A stretch of 64,000 nucleotides of DNA, taken from Ramazzottius varieornatus (Eukaryota > Animalia > Tardigrada). The notes beneath the pieces are model-generated. The model was not told the DNA's origin, made no database searches, and saw nothing but the letters and a program-made list of their open reading frames with translations. Numbering within the stretch: the first letter of the stretch is position 1; each line of letters begins with the position of its first letter. Of the stretch, positions 46,749-59,297 are shown piece by piece. Where the stretch lies: positions 1,880,730-1,944,729 of the forward strand of contig BDGG01000007.1 of the NCBI GenBank assembly GCA_001949185.1, in the 5' to 3' direction. A program made the position numbers and the translations under genes.

Positions 46749-47344
46749 ACAATGACAAGAGCTCACTTCACATTTGTGCCAAATCTCCTAAGTGTCAGAA
46801 TTTCAAGTTCATTATTACGCTTACGCCACACTGTGATTTATGAGCTTACACAAGAGGTCGCCGTGCCAGTTTCTGTTACTTTAAAGTGCCAATGATGCGG
46901 GACAGGTTTGGGTCCGCGTGCGTGTAAAAAGACCGCGCGGATTGTGGGTGAAATATCCGGTCAACGTGTGTATCGATCAGCTGATCGCTATGACATGACA
47001 CATAACAGCCAAAACGGCGCGTACCGGGGGGATGCTTTACGCGAACCCGGACCAATCTTGTCCCACTTCATCGAGAACGAGTATTAATCAGGTTTTAACA
47101 TTGGCATTTGCCGGACAGATAAAACTGTAAAAGAGACCTTGTCACTTCTGCTTCACGGACGGCACTTTACAGGACATCAGAAGATGCTTTGCGCGAAAAA
47201 AACTGCAGTCGAAATTTGGAACTCCACGCATAAAGTAATTTTAAAATGAGGCTGGTTTTTTTGAAAAAAACCCCGAAAGTGGTTACGAGTCATCTTGCAT
47301 GGAACAGGAGACGAAAAAATAGAAAAGCAAACTGGAGACAAATC

Positions 47345-48626
47345 TCAAGGTACTATCATGACCATAACCATAAACAGGCAGACACCAATCACAGTTCCCA
47401 ATATAATGGCATCCTTCCTCTTCCGAAAATTGATCTTTTGCATTATGTTATTCACAGCCGGAAACCTTCCTACAATGCACAGAAATGACATTGACGAAAA
47501 AACAGCATATACCGCACTGTTCAACCATCCACTTGCGCTTGCTTCCCCAGACTGTGGGGGAGTCTTGCAGCGCTCAAGTTCTTTCTGCCACTTTTATACG
47601 AAATCTCCGTCAAGGCCGTGCCGGCCACATATTCTGACTGCCATTTCGTAGAAAAAGGGCACAACTCACTCAGTGCGCAAAACATCTTCGCCACGACTTT
47701 TGACCATAATACTGGCACATCCTACCTGAAAGAGTTCCCAGGCGAGTTACGACACCACTGATGGTACTCCTCTGCGAGTACAAATTCTCCTTGGTCATCA
47801 TTGCTATCCTGCAGAAGCGAAAAGAAGAAAAGTATTGACCTGTCAAGTCAAACAAGCAACAGAAAACTCAGAGGAAGGAGCACTTTACCCAATTTGCTGA
47901 TCGATCATTCGTTCGGAACTTTTTAAATGATCGTTTTCCTTGGTGAAAGGGTCTCTTCTGGCCGTCAGGACAGGTTTGATGGGGCCGAAGAGTTCTTCCC
48001 TGGCCCTGATCTGTTCCACATTGGCTTTCGTCTTGTGGAACTCTTGGAGGTAATCCTGCAGGATATCACGGTGTCGCTGCAGTGTATGCAGCAAGGCGGC
48101 GCCCGGTGAGGCGTTGAACTTCTCCACACAGTCGGCCATCTGATTATTGACATTATTCAACTGGAGAAGCAAAGGCAACCGTCGGATAAAGAGCAACTTC
48201 CGGACGAGTAAAAACCTTACCTTGGACAGTTGATTTTCAATATCGACGGCCAAAGCTTCAAAGACGAGGTTGTCATCGGTGGCGCTGAGGAGAGGAACGG
48301 TGTCCTGCCTACAGCAGAGAAGAATATTGCCTTACAGCGTTTGGTGGATAGTTGAGCGGAATATTCTTACATGGAAGGACGAGGTAAGCCATAGTCGTCG
48401 GATCTGGAGTTGACTCGGCCACGACGGATGCCAGGCTGCGTGCTCAGCTTGCTAAAGTTGACCAGCTTGGCGTCCACATCGTTCTCCAGCGTCCGGGCCT
48501 GCTTCCGTAAATCTACGACACACCAACAAACCTCACCATCATAACCAAGCTGTAGACCAAAGGCAGAATTGATCAGGATGCAGAAATATAATTACCTTCC
48601 CAGTGGGATGACGGCCAGGTCGACAT
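47345..48626 (-). CDS. GOSR1: Golgi SNAP receptor complex member 1 (GS28)
   Basis: WEDLRKQARTLENDVDAKLVNFSKL, HTLQRHRDILQDYLQEFHKTK, RFPAVNNIMQKINFRKRKDAIILG followed by a TM anchor. Confidence 0.95.
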
Positions 48627-49220
48627 TGATCGGTTCTGCATGGAGCCAAGCGCAGACGATTGGTGATGCTTTAACTCCGGAACAAGTACGTCTGTCGTCG
48701 CTTCAAGGGATCTTCCGCTTAATGAAGCTCGGTGGCATCTAGACAGAGAGATAGAGCTACACGTAAACAGAACCAAAACAAGTTTTACTGACGTTGATGT
48801 TTAGCCATTTTTCTACGAGCCACAACCATGTCAATCAGGTGCTTCCACGTGGAATACCTACTTTCTCCTGCATTACGACACTGGCCTCCACTTCCACCAC
48901 AACGCATCGCCTGTGGAACTGAAACACGAACACGTTTCGTGGTTGATTGACTCTAGTGATTGAGCAAAGTTCGAAATTCTGATTTCTGAAGAATATTTCG
49001 TTTTTACTTACCAATTGCCATTCTCGCTTGGGGAATTCTTTTCTGGGTGTCCTTTCGAAGCGAGCTCAGATAGACGGGAAGTTCAGGAGGAGGACCGAAG
49101 AAGCTTCTGTACACTAAACACTTGGGCGCGGTTGGAGCAGGACGTCAGGAAGGGAAGCGGCTGCAGTCCGTCTGCTATTACTGCTTGCAGTTTGCTTTCC
49201 TGAGGATAATCCTTGTCAGG

Positions 49221-50288
49221 ATGCTGCTACACATCCTCAGCTGGGTAGCCACCTTCATCATCATCCTGGCCGCAACTTTTTCCCTTGGTAAGCTGGTGTC
49301 GGCCTATCCGTTTGCCAGGTGTAAAAGTGCCAGCATTTTGAACCACATGAAGGCATCGTTCAATTGTCATTTGATTCTTGATTGGCTCATTCACCATAAT
49401 ATCCAATCTTTTACACATTTCACCTCCATTCAGCTGTGGCTCTCTACTTCCTGGCGGAGCTGGTGGAAGAAAACTCGGTTACCGCCTCTAAAGTTATCCG
49501 CTGGATGATCATAGTAAGTGTCTGCCTTCACCTACATCGGTGTCTAGTCCGGCAGTTCATGGCTTCATGGCTTGAAGAAGATAGCATTTGAATCGACAGT
49601 TGCTGACCAGTGGTCAAGGTACTTTTTCAGGCAAAAAAGACTTGATGACCTGTTGTGTTTTGCAGATAGATGCCGCCTTGTTCCTTCTCCTTCCTATCTT
49701 CGAGAGCTTTCCCATCACACTGGTCATCAGTGGCCTTGTGGCCCAGCTTTGTCACTACATGCTGATGCGAACCTTCCCCGCCATACAGATCAAGTCTCCC
49801 TGGTTCGCCGGAACAATCAGTAAGTCTTCCCTCGCCAACCTTCTCCCACAAGGTCTTACCATCTGTCGAAGCTGTCAGTCACTTTCAGTTTTCTCTTCGT
49901 TCCTAGTTCTCTTCCTGGTGAACCATTACCTGGCCTTCCGTCATTTCACCGAGCACTACTACGCCTTCAACGAAGCCTTCGCCTTCTTCTTCCTCTTCAT
50001 GTGGCTAGTGCCCATGGCGCTGCTCGTTTCACTGTCAGCTAACGATATGGTCCTCCCGACCTATTCTGACAGTGCTTCTTCTCTGGGAAGAAGTATAAGC
50101 TTCAGCATATGCCTTTCTAGTTCCACTTCCGGTTGGGGTTCTGACGCTTGCCTCTCCTTTCAGGCAGCGAAAATTCTTTTATGAATAATCAAAGGAGGAA
50201 ACAAGGCTCCAGTCTCAAGACTTTTTTGACGTATGTCAAGGAGGAATACTTGCCGATAATAGGCCTCGGCGCCAAGAAAGCTTTTTGA
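49221..50288 (+). CDS. TEX261: TEX261 (Svp26-like) multi-pass protein
   Basis: CGLYFLAELVEENSV, LVNHYLAFRHF, WLVPMALLVSLSANDMVLPT, C-terminal KKAF. Confidence 0.92.
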
Positions 50289-50559
50289 ATTTGCCCTTTC
50301 TCATGAAGTGATTAGTTATCGCCCTTCAAACTCGAATTGCAGCTGTAGATAGTCAACAAAGTGTGGATTCGCTCGTCTGGCAAATTTATTTGGTAATCTT
50401 CTTGGTGAACAGTTTCATCAACGATCCTGCAAATTTTAGCATGATACAGTAGAGCGGAAGTTGCATGAATTTCTGGATGAAGAAGAATAAAAAGCGGAAT
50501 AGAAAACGGATCACGTGTTCGGAAGAAAGATAGAAAGGCTAGTACGAAACAAAAGCTTG

Positions 50560-51702
50560 TCATTCCATATCGACAGAGACGCGGAAGGGGTAGTGGGCGT
50601 CGTCGGTGGAGAAGAAGCCTGGCTTGAGGTCCTGACGGTAAGGATTTTGGTTAATAAGTTGATTATCCAACCAAAGCTGGATATAACCGGACATATCCGG
50701 TCGAAAGGCGGTGTGGATAAGGACTTTAACCAAGCGACATTAAACGTTAAGTTAATTACCTGACGGAAGAGCTGTGCGTGCTGCCACGAGTGCTCACCCT
50801 TGCCTCGGGTTAGCTCGGCGATGATACTGAAGCGCTGACACCCTCGAACGCCCTCCACTTCCTGCTTGCCAGCTGAGTCAGTCAGTGGAATCATGGCTCC
50901 GTTGTCAGCAGCCACGTATGCGTAGACGCTTCCATCCTCGTAGAGCTGGACGGGAAAGTTTACCTTGAGGTGTTTCACGCGATGGTTCATTCGGCTGAGA
51001 TCGAAGCGCCACTCGATCCGCGAAGCCGTAGTTCCCGGCTGTCGAGCCAGATAAGCCTTCTTCCAGTCCTCTTCCACCTTGCGCTGAATGTTTTGCTCAG
51101 CGTAGACCAGGGTACGCCATCCTGAAACGAAGAACCCATCGATCGATGACATCACATTACATCATGGTATACATTTCCTCACCGCATTGAAACATTGCCT
51201 CACGACAACACATTACATGACAAAATATGCATTGGTGCTTGATCGCCTCCGTTTTCTTGATTAGCTTACCTGCAGTTTCCTGGTGGTTTTCCACGGAGCG
51301 GACATACTTGTCCATAGCGGGTGAGTACTTGACCTCCAGCTTCTTCTTGTTTCGTTCAGTGTCAGTGGGTTCGAAGACGAAGCCAACGGTGTCCTGCGGA
51401 GCGTAGGAGAAGCCTTGTTGAGCATGCGGATAGGCTTTGAAGGCTTGAGGCGGATATGGAGAGTAGGCCGCGGCGGCCACAGGAACACTTCCGGCTGGAT
51501 AGCCCGCTGCTAGGCCTCCCACAGCGCCGGCTGGGTATCCGACTCCCCCCAGGGCACCTGGTGGATAAGGACTGCCATGATAGTAAACTTGCCCAGCGGG
51601 AGGCACACTTCCGGCTGGGTAACCGGCAGGCAGCGACGACGTGTTATGGTGGACTTGTCCGTCGGCGAAATAGTTGGGATTGTAGGGAGGATTCCAGGCC
51701 AT
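50560..51702 (-). CDS. Stand-alone PAW (NGLY1 C-terminal mannose-binding) domain protein with a Pro/Gly/Tyr-rich N-terminus, 3 exons
   Basis: VKYSPAMDKYVR, GWRTLVY...NIQRKVEEDWKKAYLAR...IEWRFD, AELTRGKGEHSWQHAQLFRQ, YPFRVSV. No transglutaminase-like core. Confidence 0.85.
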
Positions 51703-52572
51703 TTTCTCCAACGTCTGTGTGAAGCCAGCTGAAACGACAATGACTGAAACTTGCAACCGGAAGTACTGTGTCTACTTAAATACTCAACGATGTGCGAAGC
51801 GGTTATTGATGGGACGTAAAATGAGATCAGAATGGCCGTTGGGTGAAAAACGCAGCCAGAACCCCGTTGATTTCCACGGGGAAAATGCTGACGCACGTTT
51901 TTGTGCTGGGTCGGAGAATGTAAACAAACAATGGAGGGATGCTCCGCCTGGCCAAAGATAGTCATCGAAATAGGCGTGGCGACCCTGTGAAGAAGAACCG
52001 GAAGACCGCTGATGGCGATCAAAGTTCTTTCGCTAGTTGCGCTCTACGTTTCTACGTCATGGCGTGCTTGATCGGAAATGCTCGTCGCAAAAGCCGAAAG
52101 ACGGAAGTGCCAAGACGACCAGTGGTCATTCGGGCATATACTCGCAAGGAAATTTTTGAGACTCAGGAAGGCCCTTGCGCTTCGCCAGTCCTAGCTTCCG
52201 GTTCTAGGTCCTGTTCCAGTAACCTTGTTGCAATTGTGGGCGGAAGTGAAGCAGTCTGGAGGCTGGAGCTGATTTGTGCTTCGATCTCGGCTGACGCTTG
52301 ATTGTGTTGTGGGCTTGATTTGTACAGTTTACTCGCAGATTGAAACCTATATTAATTCCACCCTGTCATCGTAAAAACTTTTCTGGCAGAAAACTTCCAG
52401 GATCGATCTGTCACTGTAAATATTTCTTGCGTGTTGTCGAAGGAAGACATTGGCTTGTTAGGTGGTGGCTGTTTCTCCAGGAGTTCAATGAGGACGGTTG
52501 AAAGGTCCTTCCGCTGATCAAGTTCGGATCCTCTAATCCTCATCAGGAGTTTGACTGATTCCGCGAAACAAC

Positions 52573-54897
52573 ATGCCAGCAACGACGGCGGGTGGAGTTC
52601 TGCTGGACATCCTCAAGTACTATGCCATCTTTGAATCCGCCTGCGCCCTCTTCCTGATCATCGAAGGAGTTCTCAACATCAACTTGGGAGTTCGCAGTAC
52701 TTACGTCAAGTTACTGAAGAAGCTCTTTCAGGTAACCTATCGGACTACTTTCCCTCCTGTGTCCTTTCTTCATGTCTCTTATCGTAGTTTGGAAGTCGAA
52801 GAATCGAGAAGAAGCGAGCCAAGATTGAGAAGACGCAGCAGCCAACCAAAGTATGGACGGCGTTGGCAACCAGCAAGACGCATGTCCTCGAATCGGATGA
52901 AGAAGAAAAGCCCTTCGACGTCCCCTTCATTGATCTTCCGCCTGTCACACCGGGAGACTTCAGGCTGAACAGCATTTTCCCCGTGGTCATGTCCGGAATG
53001 AAGGACATCATTGAGGACGAAGTTACCAAAGCCTTCGATGCGGAAGGTAAGAATTTTACGTCGAAGCTGAACAACACTATTCGTTGGGCTATTCCCGCAT
53101 GACGTATTCAATTCCGCTGGCTGACGCTGCGCTGCTGGGTCACGCGATACTACAAATTACGTCATGCGCAGGTTTGTAGATCGCATTCAGTTGTGTGTCA
53201 TGCTGTGATGTAATGTCATTGTATAACAGACAGTATTACGTACTGTATAAATGCTGTTTTTGTGCGGAAGAGGCGTGGTCGCATTGCATGTTATTCTCAC
53301 TCTTTCTCGCGAAAAGTAATCCAGCTGTAGGTTGTTCAATGGTATGTTCCTTTTTCATAGAGCTTCCTGCGTGGAATATGCTGACAAGAACAAACAAGGG
53401 TTATCAGCACATCAGCTGGCGTCTGTCCCTCATCTGGTTCCTGGGCTTTTTCTTCCGACACTTCATCCTCTTCCCTATCCGTTTCATGGTAGCCATCTTC
53501 GGCATCCTGATGCTGTTGATGACCGCCATGGTCATCGCGCGTCTTCCGGAGGGAAACTTCAAGGTCTCGCTGTCGCGCTACTCCAATACGGTCACTTTCC
53601 GTATACTGGCTCGCGCTTTGAGTCTGCATGCCACTTACCATGACAGGTACGTACCGGCGGTACTACAGACAGGTTTCTTTCTCGTGCTAAACGTTCAATC
53701 TTTGTTGACGTTCGTGCATTATTTCGACAGGGAAAATATTGCCAAGCGGGATGGAATTTGCGTGGCGAACCACACTTCTCCCATCGATGTCGTCGTACTT
53801 TCATGCGACAACGTTTGTTCTTTCGTAAGGTCTTTTTCTGAACTATAATTTTCAATCCACTTTCTGTCTTAGGAACTCAAGGCTACTTGGGAGCTCGGCA
53901 AACAAACCGGAAAAGATTGGTTTTTCCGAGTGGGGCACGCTTTCAGCTAGGCCCAGTAACACGAGAATGTGCGCCACTTGGGAGAACAATCTTGTCGAGT
54001 TTGGTTCATTCTTAGTTTCTTTCCGGCCGGAATTAGACAGTAATCTTCTATCCAGGTTGGGCAACTGCACGGTGGACCTTTCGGGTTTCTGCAGCGAGAA
54101 ATCGCCAAAGCCTTCGCCCACATCTGGTTCGACCGTGCCGAGTCCAAGGACCGCGCTCTGGTGACGAAGCGTATGCAGGAACATGTCTCGGACCCGACTA
54201 AGCCCACCATTCTCATCTTCCCCGAAGGTAAGCTGTATCGCTTGGTGTGGAAGTCCGTAACTTGAAATACGATTGAAGTGTTATCCTTACAGGTGCTTGT
54301 ATCAACAACACGGTGATCATGATGTTCAAGAAGGGCAGCTTCGAGCTGGACTGTCCCATCTACCCGGTGGCCATTCGTTACAACCCCATGTTTGGCGATG
54401 CCTTCTGGGGCCATCAGCCATCGATGCCGGCCCACGTTTACGATATGATCACCAGCTGGGCTATCGTCTGCGACGTCTGGTACCTTCCAGCCATGACCAG
54501 AGAAGTCAGGGACAATTTCTTTGAATAATATGACTACGCAAATTTCAGTTCTGATGTTGTTTGCAGGCCAATGAAGACGCGACGCAGTTTGCCAACCGCG
54601 TTCGCTTGGCCATTGCCAAGAAAGGTGGCATGATTGACATTGACTGGGATCCCCGGTTTCAGGCAGAGTCCAAGAAGCCCGAAGAGAGTCGCTGGAGGAA
54701 GCAGCAACAGAAGATGCTCACCGAGAAGCTGATAACCGGTCCCAAATATCCGCCCGCTGCCGCCCCCACGGCCCCTCCTCCTCCATCGGTAAGTGACTCA
54801 CTCCAATGTCGACCTGCAACATTCAGAACCTTGTTTGCTTGACATTTTCTTCTTCTTCTTGCAGACCGTGCCGGAAACGGAACACAACCGAAGTTAA
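52573..54897 (+). CDS. GPAT3/4: ER glycerol-3-phosphate acyltransferase (GPAT3/GPAT4 family)
   Basis: IIEDEVTKAF, WNMLTRTN, GICVANHTSPID (HxxxxD), LIFPEG, FKKGSFE, MITSWAIVCDVWYLP, FANRV. Confidence 0.95.
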
Positions 54898-56120
54898 GGG
54901 AAGAAGGAACGTCGTTGATAAATCCCTTCAGGATGGCAGCCGCTGCTTTGTACTGTGCCCAGTAATGAATATCTCTCTCTAACATTATTACTGATTTTTT
55001 ATTTTTTGCAACTTTTCTTGTTTTTCTTTTGTGTTCTTTGTCCACAGTAGCTGTAATCTCTCCCAATCTGAAGTACTGCAAAGTTCCTTCTTGATAAATA
55101 TTTTTTGCCCGGGATGAGGATCTCTTTGCGTTTCTCCGTGCGTTGCTGTGTACATCTCTAAAGCTGTCGAAAATTGAAACTGTATTTCCATTTCTGCTGG
55201 ACGATCTGTCAAAAGTTCCCCTGATGTTCTATAAATCTTTCTCGGTGAACATACAGTGCAGAAAAGAAGTTCCTCCTGGCTTCCTTCCCTCCAAGGTCTT
55301 GAACTTGCCTAAATGAGATCCGTTTTCTTAAGTCGCGCACGTTTTCATTGTTATTGGCTGGGAGCGGGCGCCACTCAAGATAATGTCATGTATCTTCTGT
55401 TTGCCGGCCTCCCGTTCATGAAAGACTAAGTTAGTGTTCAATATCACGTTTGGAGAAGCTTGTCGGTTAGAAGTTTGTCGCTTTCGTTACAGATTCTACA
55501 ATCTAAAATGAGATTCCCGCTTTCGATGTGGCCAGTTGGACGGAGCATGTTGGAAGGCTGGACAAGGTGTTCATTGCCGTCATTGCTCGTTACCTCCTTT
55601 AGGAAGCCGACGATGGAGAGATACCTGGAGCGCCGCTTCCTCTTTCGAACAAGGTATCCGCCCGAGAAGCTTTCTTCGAGTATTTCCCCACCGTATGAAT
55701 GCGAGATTGTCCAGTAGGAATTTTCAACTGATTCCATTTCGCTTTTCTGCGTTTTCTCTTCGTATCTGGTTGTTCGGTCCCTGCCATTTTTCCTGCCTTC
55801 TTATACTGTACTTGAGCTTCTCCTTCTCAAAGCGGTCCAAATTGTTCGGTAAGACCAACTTGTAAAAGTTTGATGTCGCTGTTGGACGGTGTCAATTCCG
55901 TAAATTACATTTCTGCAACAGTGCAACTTCAAACCATCGATATTCTACTAGACATTTTTCCGGCGAACTTCCTAGCAAGAATATCAGATGAAACAGTACC
56001 ATGCATAGATCAAGCCCGCCTTTCCCGCAAATTAAGATTCTAGAAAAATCGAAATGTAAAAATGTATGAGAAATAAACGAGAGAGATTTAGGATGAAACA
56101 GTACTGTGCATGGATCCAGA

Positions 56121-56226
56121 AGAAACTCCTGGACCATTAAACTCCTGGACCATTAAAACAATTAAACCATTAATTAAACCAATTGGACCATTAAACAAAG
56201 AAACTCCTGGACCATTAAAACAATGG
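56121..56226. repeat. Low-complexity imperfect repeat
   Basis: Repeated (CTCCT)GGACCATTAAA units just downstream of the coiled-coil gene stop. Confidence 0.7.
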
Positions 56227-56244
56227 AAAACTGGGATCGAGTCT

Positions 56245-59200
56245 TCAGAGACTACCGCTCCTATCCGCGTCATTCGCTCCTTCTTCCTCTTCCTTGAGCG
56301 CTGCCTTGCCGGTGACTCTGGGTGTTGCTAACTTGAACTGTAACGCGTCTTTCTCTTGAGCCAGCATCGTCGAACGCCGACTCAGCACTTGAATCTCTTC
56401 CTCCTTCTCTCGCATGTCCGACCTCAGCTTCCTTAAAATAATCACATAAAATCAGGACACATCAACAAACAATCCCAGCTGTCAGAAGCAGGTCAGCAAA
56501 TCGTCAGCAAATCCTCAGCATCACAGGAAAAAATCTTCAACTATCGTAAACAAAATTACCGAAACTGTTGTCTACTGAAAATCGGCATCAAAGTAAAGTC
56601 AATCATTCTTCCTGCCAAGTCGCGCACCTTATACCATAATCGTAACGATCATGTGCGCCACTTGAACTGAATGTGGGATGTTTCGGTCAAGCGGCGCACA
56701 TTTACTTGACGGTATACAGGTACTACTGTCAACCATGGGGAAGTGCGCCTCTTCCAGTACAAAATTCGTCAGTTACCACAAATAACTTTGCACATACTTC
56801 TCGGTGGTGGCCAGAGCTTGATTACGGACCGTCAAGTCTTCAACCTTCATCTTGACATTGGCGTTCTCCTTCTCGACGGCTGTCAGGCGTTCATTGTGCA
56901 AGCGGACATCGGCCAGCTCCGTCTGTAGCTTCCTCACTTCTGCCGTCTTTATTTCCAGCGCACTGTGCCAGCTGGCGGCTTCCTTCTCCGCCTCTTCGGT
57001 CTTCTTCAGCAGAGCAGCCTTCTCCGACAGCAGCTCTTCCACCTCGGCTAGATGCTTGGCCTTCACAGTCTTCAACTGCTGATCAAGTTTCTCCGCCTTA
57101 CCCTTGGCTTCACCCCAACTCTTATCCAGCCTGCTCAACTCAGCCACCTTCTCAGCGAGAGACTTTTCTAAGGCCTGTACCAAACTCTCTAGTGTCTGTA
57201 TTCTGCTGGTATATTGCTGCTCAATGTCGGCACACCTACGGTCTCGCTCGCTCAAGTCTCGCTCTTTGGACTGTAGAGTCTCCCTAAGGCCTGCTTCCAG
57301 CTCGGCCACCTGACAGTCCAAGACCTCCTTCTCGGCGGAAGCTGTCTGCAGCAGCTTGTCTTTAATAACCAGCTCGTTGCGAAAACCGGACAGCTCTTGG
57401 TGTAAACCTAACACAACCATAAAATCAATTAAAACCAGAATTAGAACGACTTGGGAGCTCGGCAAACGAAACGTACACGACTATTATTTCAAGTGGCGCA
57501 CCCTTCCAGCCAAAAAAACTGAAAGCGTGCGCCACTCAAAAATTCAAACATGGTCTCTCCCGAGTGGCGCAGGCTTCTGTCCAATCACAATGAAATGGTG
57601 CGCCACTTGACATAACGACCTTGTGCCTTTTTCTCTGGCGAATCTCCCCACGGGTAACTATTTGTAAATTTGTGCGTTCTTTACCTTCGGTCTGGCTGGC
57701 GATCTGAGCGGCCAGCTTACGTTCAGTCTCCAGCTGGTCGCGAAGGGACAGAAGTTCGCTTTGGAGAGCCGCCGTGTCAACTGCGGCTTGAGGAGGCGCC
57801 GTAGGGCTGACGTCATGAGAAAGACAAGGACCGTCGTCCAGCGAAGGCTGCTTGAGTTTTTTCAGGGCCGAAGGACCCGGAACCACGCTGTGACTGTTGG
57901 CTGGTTCGGAGTGAACTTCCGCAACGTAGCCGACAACCTCGTCGCTCTCCTACAATCAATCAAACACCGTTGAAACTCCCCGCCAAAAAATGTTCGCAAA
58001 TGGAATACGAATTTTACCGGCACGACATTGTCCACGCCTGACTGGCTGGGAACTTTGGCACGGAGCTGTGAGGTGGAACCTGAGAAGCTGTGAGGAAGAG
58101 CATTGAGGTTGGACTTATTGACTCGCGAGACGCGCGTCATGGTGCTTGGAGGGCGCAAGCTACGCTGGCTCTGTCCTGAAATAGAGGGGGGAAAAACATT
58201 CAGTGAGAAAAACTCGTCCCACAACCAGCCAAAAACTGGCAATTATGGTATCACACTGAGACTTGTTGTAAAATCGAGGTGTCGAAAACGCCAGTCGAAA
58301 TAGACCGTCTGACATAACCCGAAAGTCTAACCGTAAACTTTTTGATCGATCCATTTTTACACCTTTCAACGTACAGTAAACCTAATTTCCTTCACGTGAA
58401 CGATTTTATGGTCTACTTCGTGCATTTTTCTCTTGTGATGAGTTCAAGGTACATCTCAAACCAAAAGCCATCTGAGAGCCCGGCGAACAACGTGACAAGA
58501 TTGTCCCCACAAGTGGCGCACGCTTCCAGCCAGTAACACTGAGAAAGGGCGCCACTTGCGAAAACAGGCTGTATGAATCTGTTTGACCAGCGTCATCTGG
58601 TCGAACTGGTATCGCTCTACCTGAAGGTGTGGCCATAACGCGGGCATTATCGCCTCGAGTTTCGGTGGTGATTGTGGCCTTCCGAGCCAGACCGTTGTCC
58701 GAAGGCATCCTCGAGGGAGCTTGATGCGGGGTGGCTGTTACGGCCGCCACATTCCCACGAGACGAGCTGCCGCTTTGCAGGGGCGTAGCGCGAGGAGGCT
58801 GTAACGAGTGATCACCTCGTGATATCCCTGATGGAGTCGAGATCACTGCAAGACAAAGAGAGCCGTTAAGTCAGTGGAGGATCAAGTGACCCAACCATCA
58901 TCCAATTTCAGGCTAAGTTCCCTACTTAGCATAATTTGACGCAGAGCGACTGATAAAGTCAACGCACCGGTGCGCCAGATGATCGCGTTACTGAGCAAAC
59001 TATCAAACTTCCCATTTCGGATATTCGACTTGAGGGTGGCGCACTTTGGATGCAAAACTAACCGTAGTGCTGCGCAACGTCAGTAAAACACATGGCAACG
59101 ATCAAGTGGCGCACAGCGACATACACTGCCCCACCGAAAGTACGCGAGTGAGGAAGGAAAGGGCGAAAGTAACTCATGTGTTTTTGCGGATGTCATAATG

Positions 59201-59297
59201 GTCAGATTTGCTCACCGTCTTTTTCTATGGCAAGCTTCTTATTGGCTCGCGGAGCAGGAACCTTGACTCGAGGCACAGGAGTGCGCGGAGGAGGCAT
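56245..59297 (-). CDS. MTUS1/MTUS2/CCDC69 (toucan)-like coiled-coil microtubule-associated protein, about 6 exons
   Basis: Basic P/S/R/T-rich N-terminus with SxIP-like SRMP, then a long coiled coil. EAASWHSALEIK...KVEDLTVR...LAQEKDALQFKL aligns with recalled MTUS1 ELESLKAVLEIK...ENEELKAR...LSMENEELLWKL. Confidence 0.65.

Noticed and set aside
58506-58521. Resemblance of CCACAAGTGGCGC to a CTCF site
   Set aside because: It is one base short of the CTCF core spacing, and the 5' part is not conserved among copies.
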